55,895 nt of DNA from Lobosporangium transversale (lineage: Eukaryota): the NCBI RefSeq assembly GCF_002105155.1, contig NW_019029010.1, positions 434,001-489,895 of the forward strand, read 5' to 3'. The position numbers were made by a program, and so were the translations under genes. Shown in pieces: positions 39,235 to 50,821 of this stretch (positions within the stretch are counted from its first letter, which is position 1; each line of letters begins with the position of its first letter). The notes under the pieces were generated by a model. The model was given only the letters and a program-made list of their open reading frames with translations. It did not search any database and had not been told where the DNA came from.

Positions 39235-39450
39235 CAGTCCTCGTCATTTGGTCATGCACATATTGTAAAAAAATATTGATTGAATTGGCTCCAGAAAAAA
39301 ACGTGTCACATTGAATGGGATCTGGGTATTGAATCGGCGGCTGAATTTGGCCACCAGTTCATTTAAGATTCTTTTAAACCTTGAGCCGGCCAAATCAGTT
39401 CAATAATTATATGCTTTTAGAATATGTGCATGACCAAATGACAATAACTG
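39235..39450. mobile_element. MITE-like element B (~216 bp) with CAGT...ACTG termini (Tc1/mariner/pogo type)
   Basis: TA-CAGTcctcGTCATTTGGTCATGCACATATTgTAAAA on the left matches TTTTAgAATATGTGCATGACCAAATGACaataACTG on the right. It shares the CATTTGGTCATG core with element A. The right-hand TA is absent. Confidence 0.7.
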
Positions 39451-40943
39451 GAAGCTTCTGGTCTCAAAAATGATAAGGACTTCTTTTCAAACTTGCTATT
39501 GGTTAATAATAGTCATCAACCAACCACTCTATATACGTAGATGATGGATATTAAACTTAGGCATGACTTAAGGTTACACCCACAATTGATTCGCAATCCA
39601 GTGGCGGAGTAAATGAGAAAAAATGTTTCAGTCATACCAGTAAAAAGGCTCCCCGCTTTCTTGATCAATTAACGCCTGGATATGTAAATGTATATATAAT
39701 AATGTATATATAATATCATCATCACAGATATCCATGAATAAATAAATAAATAATAAATGAGAACTACAGTCCCTCATTTTTATAGGTTGGTGGCAACCTT
39801 CACGTGATGATTCTGCTATGTAAACAAAGAATGAAGTTTGTGGAATACGCGAAAAAGCAAATTCATTTTATTCATCACCCAAAAACTCTTAATAGGTAAC
39901 CACAGCGACTTCTTTAACAACATTAAAATTCTTTGTATACGTTGCGTATGGACTATTTATCTAGGCTATCCAATAACGTCTCCACTTGGACTGTATTCTT
40001 TTTTATAAGCTTTTATAAGCAATATGTATTCAACGATAAAACTCTGCACATAATAGACCTTATTGGCAATATCGTCTCTAAATACTCAATCTAAACCAAT
40101 ACTCCACTTACAACAATAGGGGCATCCGGCTTTACAAATAATGCGTGAAATGTATATAAAATATATACTTATGCGAGATGGACGAAGATAGCGAACGAGG
40201 CTATCATGAGCAGCAAACTGATAGTTGCCAGGCAAGCTCTTTTATTGGGGGAGCCTGTTTGATCAATTGTAATATTCGTCAATAAGCTACCTCTTTCGCA
40301 TGCTTTCACTATCGCCTCCACTTGCTTAGAATTCAGTTCATAATGGCTATATACTTTCAATCTATATAATGATGTTGAAGCAAAGCCCTCCTCCTCTTCC
40401 TTTTTAACTTTTTCTTTTTTTCCTCCTTCTATTCAACAGTTATTCCTCTCTACGATCCATGCGACTATTCAAGGTGTGTATACAACTTATGACCCAGTAA
40501 TGAAGGCTTAATCTGAGCGTCAGTGTTTCAACCAGTCTATCCTTTCGTTAATGAGTTCCAGAATTCTAAACCAAAGTGGTTTGCATGCATATTCGTCGTG
40601 ATACTGTAAAAAGAGAAGGAGGCAGGCCTGTGATACCATAAAGACAAAAGGAATTAAAGGTACAGTAGAAAATATCATAGGTTATTTTTTCTTTTTCTTT
40701 TATTTGACGACATTTTAATTGGAGAGGCATCATCGAACAACTATTAGGTTAGTTTAAAACGCTCCCAAACATGCTTGGCAATAGTTTTGTTTCCTTCAGA
40801 AACATCGTCCATCACTTGTCCTACCAACTTCGTCAGTATAATGCTGAGTCTCGTCTTTAATTATTTTGCTGGATTCTTTCTCTTGAAAAGGATTCTCAAT
40901 TTTTTTTCAAGACAATCATGAGCCTCTTTTCCTTTCTCAAAAT

Positions 40944-41815
40944 AGTGCTCCTTCCTCATTCTTCAAAATATTTTCTGCAATTTCGTTAGAGAGCTCTGCA
41001 GCTATCCTTGCTGTTCCTTTTCCAAGGCTCTGACTTTCCGCTAACATAAAGAGTGTAAGCGGTTGCATCAAGGGACTCTCTACGATTGTGCTTGGTGCTC
41101 TACTCAAAAAGCATGTGGCAATGTGATGGAAATTACTTCTAAGTTGCAGTATCTGATCTTCTTCTCCTACTCCTGGTCGCTTGCTTTTATTAAGAAACTT
41201 TTGGGCCTCGTCAATGGAATTCTGATTTAAGAAAATGCCCGTGCTGTTTGAGATTTCAAATCCTTTCAGTGAACCCTGAGGGTCCCTGTTATCAAGGTAT
41301 CAAACAACACAGCTCCAATGACCAATTTGTCTGTATCCTTCACGGTTATTGTTAGGGGTCATACATCCTCGTACTGGACTGATATAGGTAGCATCGAGCA
41401 CGTGGCATCGTCAATTGTTTGTTCAGTCCGCTCTTCGTAGATATCAATTGCTTGTGCTCGACAATATACTTCGACGTAGGCAGCCAGGGCTGCTTGTTTC
41501 CCTGGCTTCAACAAGATGCAGCCCGCTAGCATTTTTACGCAAGCATGCTTCAGTTCTGGTCGACGGGACCAATTCGTATTAAGAATGCTGCGGGCTGTAT
41601 CGTTCAATTCGACAAATCTCATTTCTTGAAGAACAGTAAGATAAGGCGATTTCCAGATAAGATTTTCCAAGCTGGAGCGTGGAGGAGGCAAACAACGACT
41701 ACACAGACTCTTTTCTGGATCTCTGAGCTCGGAAGTTAGGTCAGAGTTAGTCCGGAATGGACTGTCCGTGGAAAACTTGTCGAGTATGGAACGGTGGGCC
41801 AGTGTTATCCGTTAG
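40944..41815 (-). pseudogene. Decayed coding sequence of unknown family
   Basis: Protein-like minus-strand fragments broken by stops and frameshifts: ..LENLIWKSPYLTVLQEMRF..HACVKMLAGCILL..VEVYCR and FLNQNSIDEAQKFLN..LQLRSNFHHIATCFL. Composition is coding-like and lacks homopolymer tracts. Boundaries are approximate. Confidence 0.35.
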
Positions 41816-42647
41816 GGTAATGAGCGAAAGCTAAAGGTATTAACCATCATGATCATTTCCTTATTCCCTAGCTCAGAGCCCTGAATTTGTTGAAAAGTAA
41901 TGGGGACTTGGTCCTCATACCTTACTTTCAGAGAAATTGGTCTGAAGAACAGGATTTGGTGGCAACAACAAATCTTGTGGCGTCGATGTCCCTTTCTGGT
42001 ACGCCTTTTTGCTTTCGAATGCCAGTTTGGAGCAAAAAAAGACGCACCATTTTGACGCCTTGTGGATTAACAATTTTGGCTAAGCAACAAAACATGCATT
42101 AAAGCCTCAAATGGCATAAAGGGGAGAGACACCCTAAAAGCGCAGTCTTCTGCTAGCCCTCCGCTAAAGAGGTCCATTTGATGCATGTGGTCCAACCACT
42201 GAGCGAGTCACCAGAGCTAGACCTTGCAATCGTGGTCTAGACAGCGGCTAATGAGAGAACAACAGGTGTTCCCCCATCTGAGTCCAAAGCAGAAGCTCTT
42301 TGACCTACGCCGAAGATCTTACTAATTATCGGCAAATAGTGTCCACCCCTGTTCTTGCTTATTTACCCGAAGATTCTAGATTCTGTCATGGTGATGGCAC
42401 GAGTCTTAAAAAATCTTAAGCCCATTCACGCGCGTCTTAGAAAGAAATTGTTCAAAAAAAAAAAAAAATGGAGCTCAGTAAAATCTCGACGTTTGGTCCC
42501 AGTCTGAGAGAAGATCAAGATACATTTGCCTTGCAGCACATGAGTTTCGTCTCCAGACTGGTAACGAGCCTATGCGCGTATCACGTCGTCAAACTCTGAA
42601 TCTTCTATCAAGCAGTCTCCCGCAGAATCCAAGGACAACAAACCTCC

Positions 42648-43526
42648 AGAGCCAACTGGAGAAGTAAAGGAGATCTGGTATCCTTTCCAATGCAAATTAA
42701 TCTCAACCATACTATTGGCGAGATAAAGAATGCCATCAAGGCAAGGATTAAAAACACACTCGAGAGTATCAATGCAAAGACCTCACTCCCAAACTCATCC
42801 CTGCCAATGCAGCAAAAGAAATATATGCAAGCTATCCAAAAAAGTCACTTCGGATCCTTAATGACGAGCTTGAAAAGCTCAATGCTTACTTTCTTGATGA
42901 GATGGCAGATGGCCACGTTGAGATTATTGCCGAAGTGCCGAAGAGCCGATGCGAGGTTTGCCCTAAGGTTTTGATGAGCTGATGGCTTCGATCTAAGGCT
43001 TTGATTTAAGGCGTAGGGGCTGTCTTCAAAATTCATGTACTCTCAAAAAGGGGCCTAGATTCGTATATTTTTGAGGTTCAAATTTTTTCTGGTTGTAGAT
43101 CCCTTCCTTTGCTCACTCTTAGTGGTGAATGCCCCCAAAAAGACCAAAACAACTGACCAGGCCATGGATGATGAAGTGAGGCTCTCTGATCTTTCCAAGG
43201 TAGAGCTGATTTCGAAATCTGGACATGTTGGCGAAAAAGTGTAAAGAAGGCGCCTATAACGCACTAGTTAAAACTGCCACTGCCCTCCAAACTTCGTCGT
43301 TTTAAGATATAGAACTGATCTCCAGTGCCATAGATGCAGAGAGCTCTCTGCGATCGAAATGAGGAACCTATACCTAAGGCAGGCTTGCAAGAGCCTTTAC
43401 GCTAAAATTATCTCGTCTTTTGAAACTACGGCGAAGGGGACTCAGAATCGCATGGTTGTTACAGGAACTCCAGGGATTGGGAAATCAGCCATTCTTATAT
43501 ACTACATGATTCAATGCTTGCCATAA
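42648..43526 (+). pseudogene. Crinkler (CRN)-type effector pseudogene: ubiquitin-like header plus P-loop NTPase fragment
   Basis: GDLVSFPMQINLNHTIGEIKNAIKA..INAK, a frameshift near 42779, then DLT...GHVEIIAEVP (HVLVVVP-like end of the CRN N-terminal domain). Downstream, LYLRQACKSLY...MVVTGTPGIGKSAILIYYM carries a Walker A at 43464-43487 and is cut by TAA at 43524. Confidence 0.75.
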
Positions 43527-43968
43527 GCAGTGATGACAATCCACTCGGTGGACCGGTGAAGTATGAGCCCATCACCGATACGATGGTTTTACTTTTCTCC
43601 CACATTGAAAATGTGAGGGAAGACGTTATGTTCTTATGAATGATAATTGAAAAGCAAGTGTAAGAGAACAATGAGAAAGACAAGACAAGATGAGGTATGT
43701 AAAAGAGTATTTAAAAAAAAGGTAAAAAAAAAGAAGAAAAGAACTAAGGGAGGTGGTAAACTATTATTTACGATTGTCGCTTCATAAAAAGATGAATAAG
43801 TTCCTTAATCTGCAGCAAACATTTCCATATTGGGCATATCCTCGGTAATCAATGGTGTTTTTTGCGAAGTCCTTCCTATCAACTTTGCGACGTCGAGGCG
43901 ATTTGCATTACTTATAAGTAATGTCTTGGCTAGTAGGTATATGCTATAAACAGTATAGTAGACGTGTT

Positions 43969-45575
43969 CTACATTTTACTTGTACGAAGATTAAACAAAG
44001 CTTGAAACTGTCTAGGCACCTCGATATCGACTCCAATACCGATAAATGTATCTAGGTCCTTAACCAGATCTTGAGGGAACGGCAACTGCTTGGGGTTGCT
44101 GACAGAATCAAGCCGAGCCATCTGGGATGGCTTCAATGTGAACTCCAATGCATTCAGGTTATCTTTCAACTGCTCCAAGGTACGAGCGCCGATCAAGGGT
44201 GACGTGATACCAGGTTTTTGCAATATCCAGTTCACTGCCACTTGTGCGGGTGTTCTGTTACATTCTTGGGCGATGGCCTTGACCTCGTCCAAGATTCTCC
44301 AGTTTCTGTCGTGTTTGAAGTGAATGTCCACTTGACCTTCGCGCTTACTGTCCTTGTTTATCTGTTCGCGCAAGTGCTTTCCAGTGAGGAACCCTTCAGC
44401 TAAGATAGACCAAGGAACAATCCCAATACCCATATCCGCACACATGGGTTGGATATCGGACTCGAGGGAACGGTTTAAAAGATTATAGCGTGTTTGGAAG
44501 CCAATGAACGGTGTCAATCCGCGTAGATCGGCCATGGTGTTGGCAGCTTTTGAAATGTAAAATAAACCCGTATGGCTCTTAGTTAGCCTTTATCAAAGCA
44601 AATAACAATAACAGCAAAAAAAATGTATTTACAACCTACAAGGAACCACCCAGCTGGGAGTGTCGCTCACGGCAACATAGAGAGCCTTTCCAGCACGGAT
44701 AACATCGTCCAAGGCCCGCATGACTTCGTAAATGGGGGTTCTATACTCCCAGAGATGAACATAGAGAATATCCACGTAGCCCATTCCCATACGCTTCAAG
44801 CTACCATCCAAGGTTTCTACTAAATTTTTGCGATGATTGCCACCTGGAGAGTAAAAACAATAGCATCAATCGTACAATGTTTCATTCAGGACAGCCCACT
44901 CTAAATGAAGGAACTAATGATAAAGTCCACGTTACCGGCATTAGGATTAGGATGATTAAATTGGCCTCGACCCATAATAGCATCGAGCGACGCTGCATTA
45001 ACTGTGAAGGGGATTAGCATACGGGAACAAGGAATGAAAAGTTTCCTTTGAACAAGATAACATTAGTGCCCATGCTTACTTGAATACTTTGTAGCGATCA
45101 CGCACCCGCTCCTCTTGCTAGAGATATATTCTCCCAAGAATCTCTCGGAATCACCGTTCATGTAGACATTGGCAGTGTCAAAAAAATTGCCTCCTCTTTC
45201 GTAGTAAGTATCAAATATCTTCCTACATGTCTCCTTATTGTTACCGAAACCCTAAAAAACCACCCATTCATAGTGATGTGCATTTTGGTGAGTAACAAAT
45301 TGTCTAATAGTAAGCAGTGGGCCTATCTTGTCGAAGCATACTGCGATTACCCATTTGTCTCCAAAGGTCTATATTAAGGCGACACCAAAGAGGTTATTAT
45401 CGGTATAATGAAAAAGATCACTCATAGAACGTAAAAAAAGAGTCCTTGTATTTTTAATTACCATCGTCCCAAGTGATAAGGGACTGACTCGAAGTCCAGA
45501 TTTGCCTAATAGCACATAGCTATCCAATGCTGTCAACGCCTGGTCGATAGGTGAGTTATCAGAAGTATCCTTCAT
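43969..45575 (-). CDS. Aldo-keto reductase (aryl-alcohol dehydrogenase-like), 6 exons (45575-45462, 45368-45351, 45251-45080, 45001-44936, 44843-44640, 44546-43969)
   Basis: LGKSGLRVSPLSLGTMTFG, GGNFFDTANVY, VIATKY, YVDILYVHLW, TPAQVAVNW and PLIGAR motifs. The catalytic D/Y/K/H tetrad is present and the introns restore the frame. Confidence 0.93.
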
Positions 45576-47289
45576 ACTGACTGACTTTGGAGTTGTTACA
45601 AGAAAAGGGGAAAGAGAGAAAAGTGGCGGCGGAAGAAAAAAAGAAAAAAAGAAAAAAAAGAAAAGTGAACGAATAAATAAAAAGTGGTAGAGTCAAGCGA
45701 GCTGAATATGACTTCCCCCATGTCTGGATCCTATCTGCCTGGCAAGTGAAGAAATATGGTTTGATAGTAAGCATTACATTTCATTACAAGTTAACGAACA
45801 GTTTTTAATGCATTGGCATCAGTTGATTCACAGACACATGGGTGACAACCGCTAGATTCAGGTTTGCTAACGTGACACCACAATCAAGATAATAGGCCTA
45901 TACCACATCCCCAATAGACCATATCTGATAATTGGCAATAGGTTTGGCCTGCTATATCCGTACATTGTTTGGCCAATATATCCTTCCATCGATTAATATC
46001 CAGGAAAGAGCTATATATTTAGAGGGATATCTACTGTGCGTTTCGGGGAATGCCGGGATTTTGCGCCCTTCCTCCATCTACACATCATATGGTTCCTGAT
46101 TGACGGCCCTTCATCTACAACACCTTCGCTGGCCAAAGTTATCATTACACTATCGCCAAGGCTTTATGTTTCGATAAGGGCCTCATACCAGAAAGTTGAC
46201 AAAAAGGTAGCTTGGATATATGGACGTAGGTAGAATTGAAATGATATTGAGAGAAGGTTCTAGTTTTCTGAAAATTTTGTTGCTATAGAGCATTTAGAAA
46301 AAGCTCTATGAGAAGGTAAGGTGGTGTGCCAAGATACACCCGAAGGATGTATTGACGCGCAAAGATACCGGAGCAGGAGGCACGTGTCCATGCTAGGAAA
46401 ACTCTCTAAGAACTAGGATACTTTGCGCAGGCAAGAGTTTTCTACAAAATTGCAGGTGTATTCTTCACTGGTTGCTAACGCGGCAAGATAGTAGTTCATT
46501 TGATATATTCCTAATAAACCGAACAGGGAATTCAGTTTATAGGAGTTTTGAATATTCATTAACTTTTTTTTTTTTTTTTAGTATTGAAAAACCCAATCAG
46601 TTCAAAGGATCCCAATGCTCAATGTTCCCTCATTCCTATTGAGCAGTTACAAGGCGGTTTGCTTGTCGCTCTCACGTATGTATCCTAATGATCATTAAAT
46701 TTATAGCTCTAACCATGAATAATAAAGTGGTTTCAAGGTCTTTGATGATGTTTAATAGGTAGAGTAATCATTTATTTTGAACGAAAATGGGTTAAAATCC
46801 ATGTGGATATTGTTTGCTCGCTTGCTGATGATAATGCGCAATATGCAAAATGCGTAAAAATATTTGCATTCTACGATCTGACGCGTAACCGATTGAATTT
46901 TTGACAAAGATAGCCTAGACCATGCATTCGCATGGTCCTTTCTCAAAGAGAGAAAAGCAATGCGACGCTAAACAAAAAGCAAGGAGAGCAATATGCAAAA
47001 AGAGATGGAAAGGGGGAGACGGCGATTAGATTTCAAATCATTCGTTGGATGCATTTCATGCTATGATTTTTATTAAAGCGCACTACTCGCCCGCGGAAGT
47101 GTCCATCACAAATGATTGGGTTCCTCAAGCACTTTTCCTTCTCACACTCACACTTTTATTTTCTCCTGAACCCTGCACCTTCACCTCTTTCTTCACTATC
47201 TTCGCTACCTTCATCTCCCTCATCCTTCTCTCTCCCTCTTCTTCTCTGCTTTTGCTTCTACTTCATCTCCTGGTTGCGTTTTTAACGAA

Positions 47290-48898
47290 ATGGCTTGCGA
47301 CATCACCATGAATGAAACCCCTGTGGCCACACACCAGAACTACATTCCTCGGAATGCCGTTGATCACATCAACCCATTCTTTTTCAAGAGTCACCACCAT
47401 GCCTATGGTCATAGCCACAGGCATGGCCATAGTCATTACCACCATCGACAAGAACAACAGCCTTCTCCTACTCCTTCTCCTATCCCCTTAGATTCTCAAT
47501 TGCAGACCCCTGTCCCAAGGCGTATGTCTGCCCAGATCGATCCTTCTTCTTTGCCTGCTTCTTATAGTACTCCTCCTGCTACTCCTCCTTTGACCTTAAA
47601 GGGCGAACAAACTTCTCCCCCTCCTACAGCCACTACTTCTACTACGACAGCTACTTCTGCTTCAAGTGTAGAGACCGAATCATTGGCATGGTGTACTGCA
47701 CGAGCAAGGATCCCAACCCCCGACGGATCCGAATATTTTTTACATATTTATGAGAACAAACAGGATAAGAAAGAACACTTGGCTTTCGTATTTGGAGACA
47801 TTATCCGTAGTCAGAGTCTTGATCGAGTTCAACTTAACGAGACAGAAATGGATCGGATGAAACGTGGAGCCTATAGGGGACGTCTACCCAATCTTGTTGA
47901 TCCAGACCAGGATGTATCCATGGAGATGGTTGAGACTGTATCAGTCATATCTGCACCAGCATTAGCATCAACATCAGCGTCAGTATCGGTATCAACAGCA
48001 GTGGTGACGGCAAGCATAGCCACAACATCAGCAGTAACAACACAGGCTCCCTTGGTCCGAATTCACTCAGAATGTTTCACAGGAGAAATAGGTCATTCAG
48101 CTCGATGCGATTGTGGTGAGCAATTGGATGAAGCTATCCGATTAATGAAGGCGGAAGGCTCAGGTGTGGTAGTCTACCTGCGACAGGAGGGACGTGGAAT
48201 TGGTTTAGCGGAAAAGCTCAAGTAAGTCCAACCAGAAGGGGATTACAAACATTCACTTTCGTCATGCGCATTGTATTATCGTCCAGACCGAGCCAACCCC
48301 ACGTGAAATATTTGAACCCGAAAATTCAACCGGAAGCCGATCACTCTTCACACATCCCCTTCTTTACATTAATACCGTTCTTTTTTTTTTTTTTTTTTAT
48401 TTTTATTTTTTTATCTGTTCTCCTACAGTATACACCATAAGATATACTTACACATATTAATGTCTACATGAATGGTTTTTTAGGGCCTATAACTTGCAGG
48501 ATCTAGGATATGACACTGTCACAGCCAACTTGTTACTGAATCATGGTGCGGACGAACGAACTTATGAAGTTGCACAGGCAATCCTTCGGGATTTAGGTCT
48601 GCAGCAGATCAGGCTTTTGACCAACAATCCAGATAAGATTGAAAAGATTGAAAGGATTGAAGAACAGGGACAAGAACGGGGACAGGGTGCACTTGATCAA
48701 ACCAGGATCAAGGTGGTAGAACGCGTCCCTATGATGCCCAAGTCGTGGGAGGCTATCCACCAAGGTACTGAGACTGACTTTGAGATTAAGGAAGGCGCTG
48801 TTGAGAACAAGGTTGTCAAGGGTAAAGAACTGGACAAATATTTGAAAGTCAAAGTCGAGAGAATGAGGCACATGATCACTGTTCCAACATCGCTTTGA
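47290..48898 (+). CDS. RIB1: GTP cyclohydrolase II, 2 exons (47290-48221, 48484-48898)
   Basis: [34 protein letters not shown] (Zn-binding Cys), [36 protein letters not shown] and [15 protein letters not shown] intron at 48222-48483. Confidence 0.96.
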
Positions 48899-49043
48899 GT
48901 TTGATAGACTTTTCTCTTTTCAATCATATCATCATGTATTCTATTGCCAAATAAAAAAAAGTATAAAATGAAAATGATATTTTTATTTTATTTACTTTTC
49001 CTGTTTAAATTATGTACAGTTGAAACAAAGAACGTCCTTTCTT

Positions 49044-49578
49044 TTACTGCAACATTTGAGAAAGGGTCTTTTCAAGCTGGATGGCATCAGCAGCGAACTT
49101 GCGGATACCCTCAGCGAGTTTCTCAGTTGCCATGGGGTCTTCATTCAGCTCCCAGCGGAAGGAAGTCTCATCAAAGGAAACCTTGGGATACTGCTGAGCA
49201 CTGCTGGTAGCAATCTCAGGGCTCAGCTTACGCTCGATCTGCTTATTCGACTTGTGGAGTTCTTCCAACAAAGCGGGTGAGATAGTCAAGAAGTCACATC
49301 CAGCCAACTCCTCGATCTCTTCAACAGTGCGGAAGGAGGCACCCATGACAATGGTCTTGTAGCCGTGCTGCTTATAGTAGTTGTAAATCTTGGTGACTGA
49401 AATGACACCAGGATCCTCTGCACCGTGGTACTCCTTCTTATGGGTGGTCTTGTACCAGTCGAGAATACGGCCAACAAAGGGTGAGATCAAAGTGACATTA
49501 GCCTCAGCGCAGGCAACAGCCTATATTTATAATTAAAGCCAAGAGATCGAAATGCAAAACATTAATTAATTAATAAGG

Positions 49579-49609
<31 letters not shown>

Positions 49610-50821
49610 CGATGATCTTTCTACCTGTCTGAAGAAAAATAACAACTAAACAGAATGGTTATTTACCTGAGCGAAAGAGAAAAGAAGAGTCAAGTTACAG
49701 TGAATGCCTTCAACTGACTCGAGATGTCTGGCGGCCTGGATACCCTCCCAGGTGGAGGCAATCTTGATAAGAATGCGGTCCTTGTCAATGCCAGCGTCCT
49801 TGTAGAGGCCAATGATCTTCTTGGCCTTGGCGATGGTGGCCTCCTTATCAAAGGAGAGACGAGCACTGACCTCAGTCGAGACACGGCCAGGGACGATCTT
49901 GAGAATCTCGACACCAAAGTTGACAAGGAGCTTGTCCATAGCAGCGTCAATTTGGGACTCGATAGGACTGTTTTCATTTCATCCATCATTAGATATTGAT
50001 TAAGTTTACATCATTAGTAAGGAAAGGGAAAGGAATCGCAATAGTTAGATGACTTGCTTGGAGAGCTGAGAGAACATGGTGATCAAAAATCCCGCTCACT
50101 TTTTTTTTGGGTCAGATTTTCTTTATCTGACCCAAAATTGATAAGAGCAATTACCACCATTTTTGTCAATCTCTGCACGTTCGAAGAGTTTATCATTTTT
50201 TTGTGCATTCTGTCTCTGGTATTGCATTTGAAAGCTTAATCAGCCCCTCGCCTTATTACTCTAACGATTTCTCATGTTGAGCATCATATCATGGGAACCC
50301 ATTACCCCTGGTCACACAAAGGGGCTAAATGACAGAGAGGGCTTTGATTTGATTCCAGATTTTACACAGCGTATTTTTCATGTGCCCCTTCTACAGCCGC
50401 TGGGGAAGCAATAGAAATAACCTCATTTGCCCATACAAAGATATTCATATACACATGCAACACTCACAAAACGGAAAGAAAAATGAATAAATGAATGAGA
50501 TCGAGGTATAGAGACTTACCCACCGATCTTCTTGGCGTAAGCAATAGCATCATCAATTAGATGAGAATAGCTAGCCTTTTTAGAAGCAGCCAAAATTAAG
50601 GAAGGGTTGGTGGTAGCATCAGTAGGCTTGTACTGAGCAATGGCTAATATTGTCAAAAATGACAACGCGCGCGGAAAAAAATAGAAAAGGAAACTGATCA
50701 ATAAAAAAAAATTAACAGAGGAAGAAGGATAAGTGCGTTCATTCAAAATTATCTTACACTCAAAGTCGCCAGTGTCCGAGACGACGGTGGTGTAGTTCTT
50801 GAGTTGGTCGAGAGCAGTCAT
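49044..50821 (-). CDS. TAL1: Transaldolase, 4 exons (50821-50758, 50643-50520, 49967-49667, 49520-49044)
   Basis: [37 protein letters not shown] (Schiff-base Lys), [20 protein letters not shown] and MGASFR. The introns keep the frame. Confidence 0.97.

Noticed and set aside
39765..39995. A third MITE bounded by TACAGTCC...GGACTGTA
   Set aside because: Inverted similarity stops after 8 bp, too short to support without copy-number data.
42678..42686. GTATCCTTT, a U12-type 5' splice-site consensus
   Set aside because: It lies within the continuous CRN reading frame (VSF) and no U12 branch site is evident, so it is likely chance.
48222..48483. FMN riboswitch in the RIB1 intron (contains GTGAAAT and CCGGAAGCCGA)
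   Set aside because: It lacks the AGGGC, ACCGGCGGT and GGATG elements and the P1-P6 pairing, so the resemblance is fragmentary. A cmsearch with the Rfam FMN model would settle it.
49005..49046. Stop-codon readthrough giving a cryptic peroxisomal TAL1
   Set aside because: The stop is TAA without a readthrough context, and the extension (KKGRSLFQLYII) has no PTS1.
50060..50100. TPP-riboswitch-like words (GCTGAGA, GAAC, TGATC) in the TAL1 intron
   Set aside because: They are on the antisense strand, the spacing is too compressed, and the P2 and P5 stems are missing.
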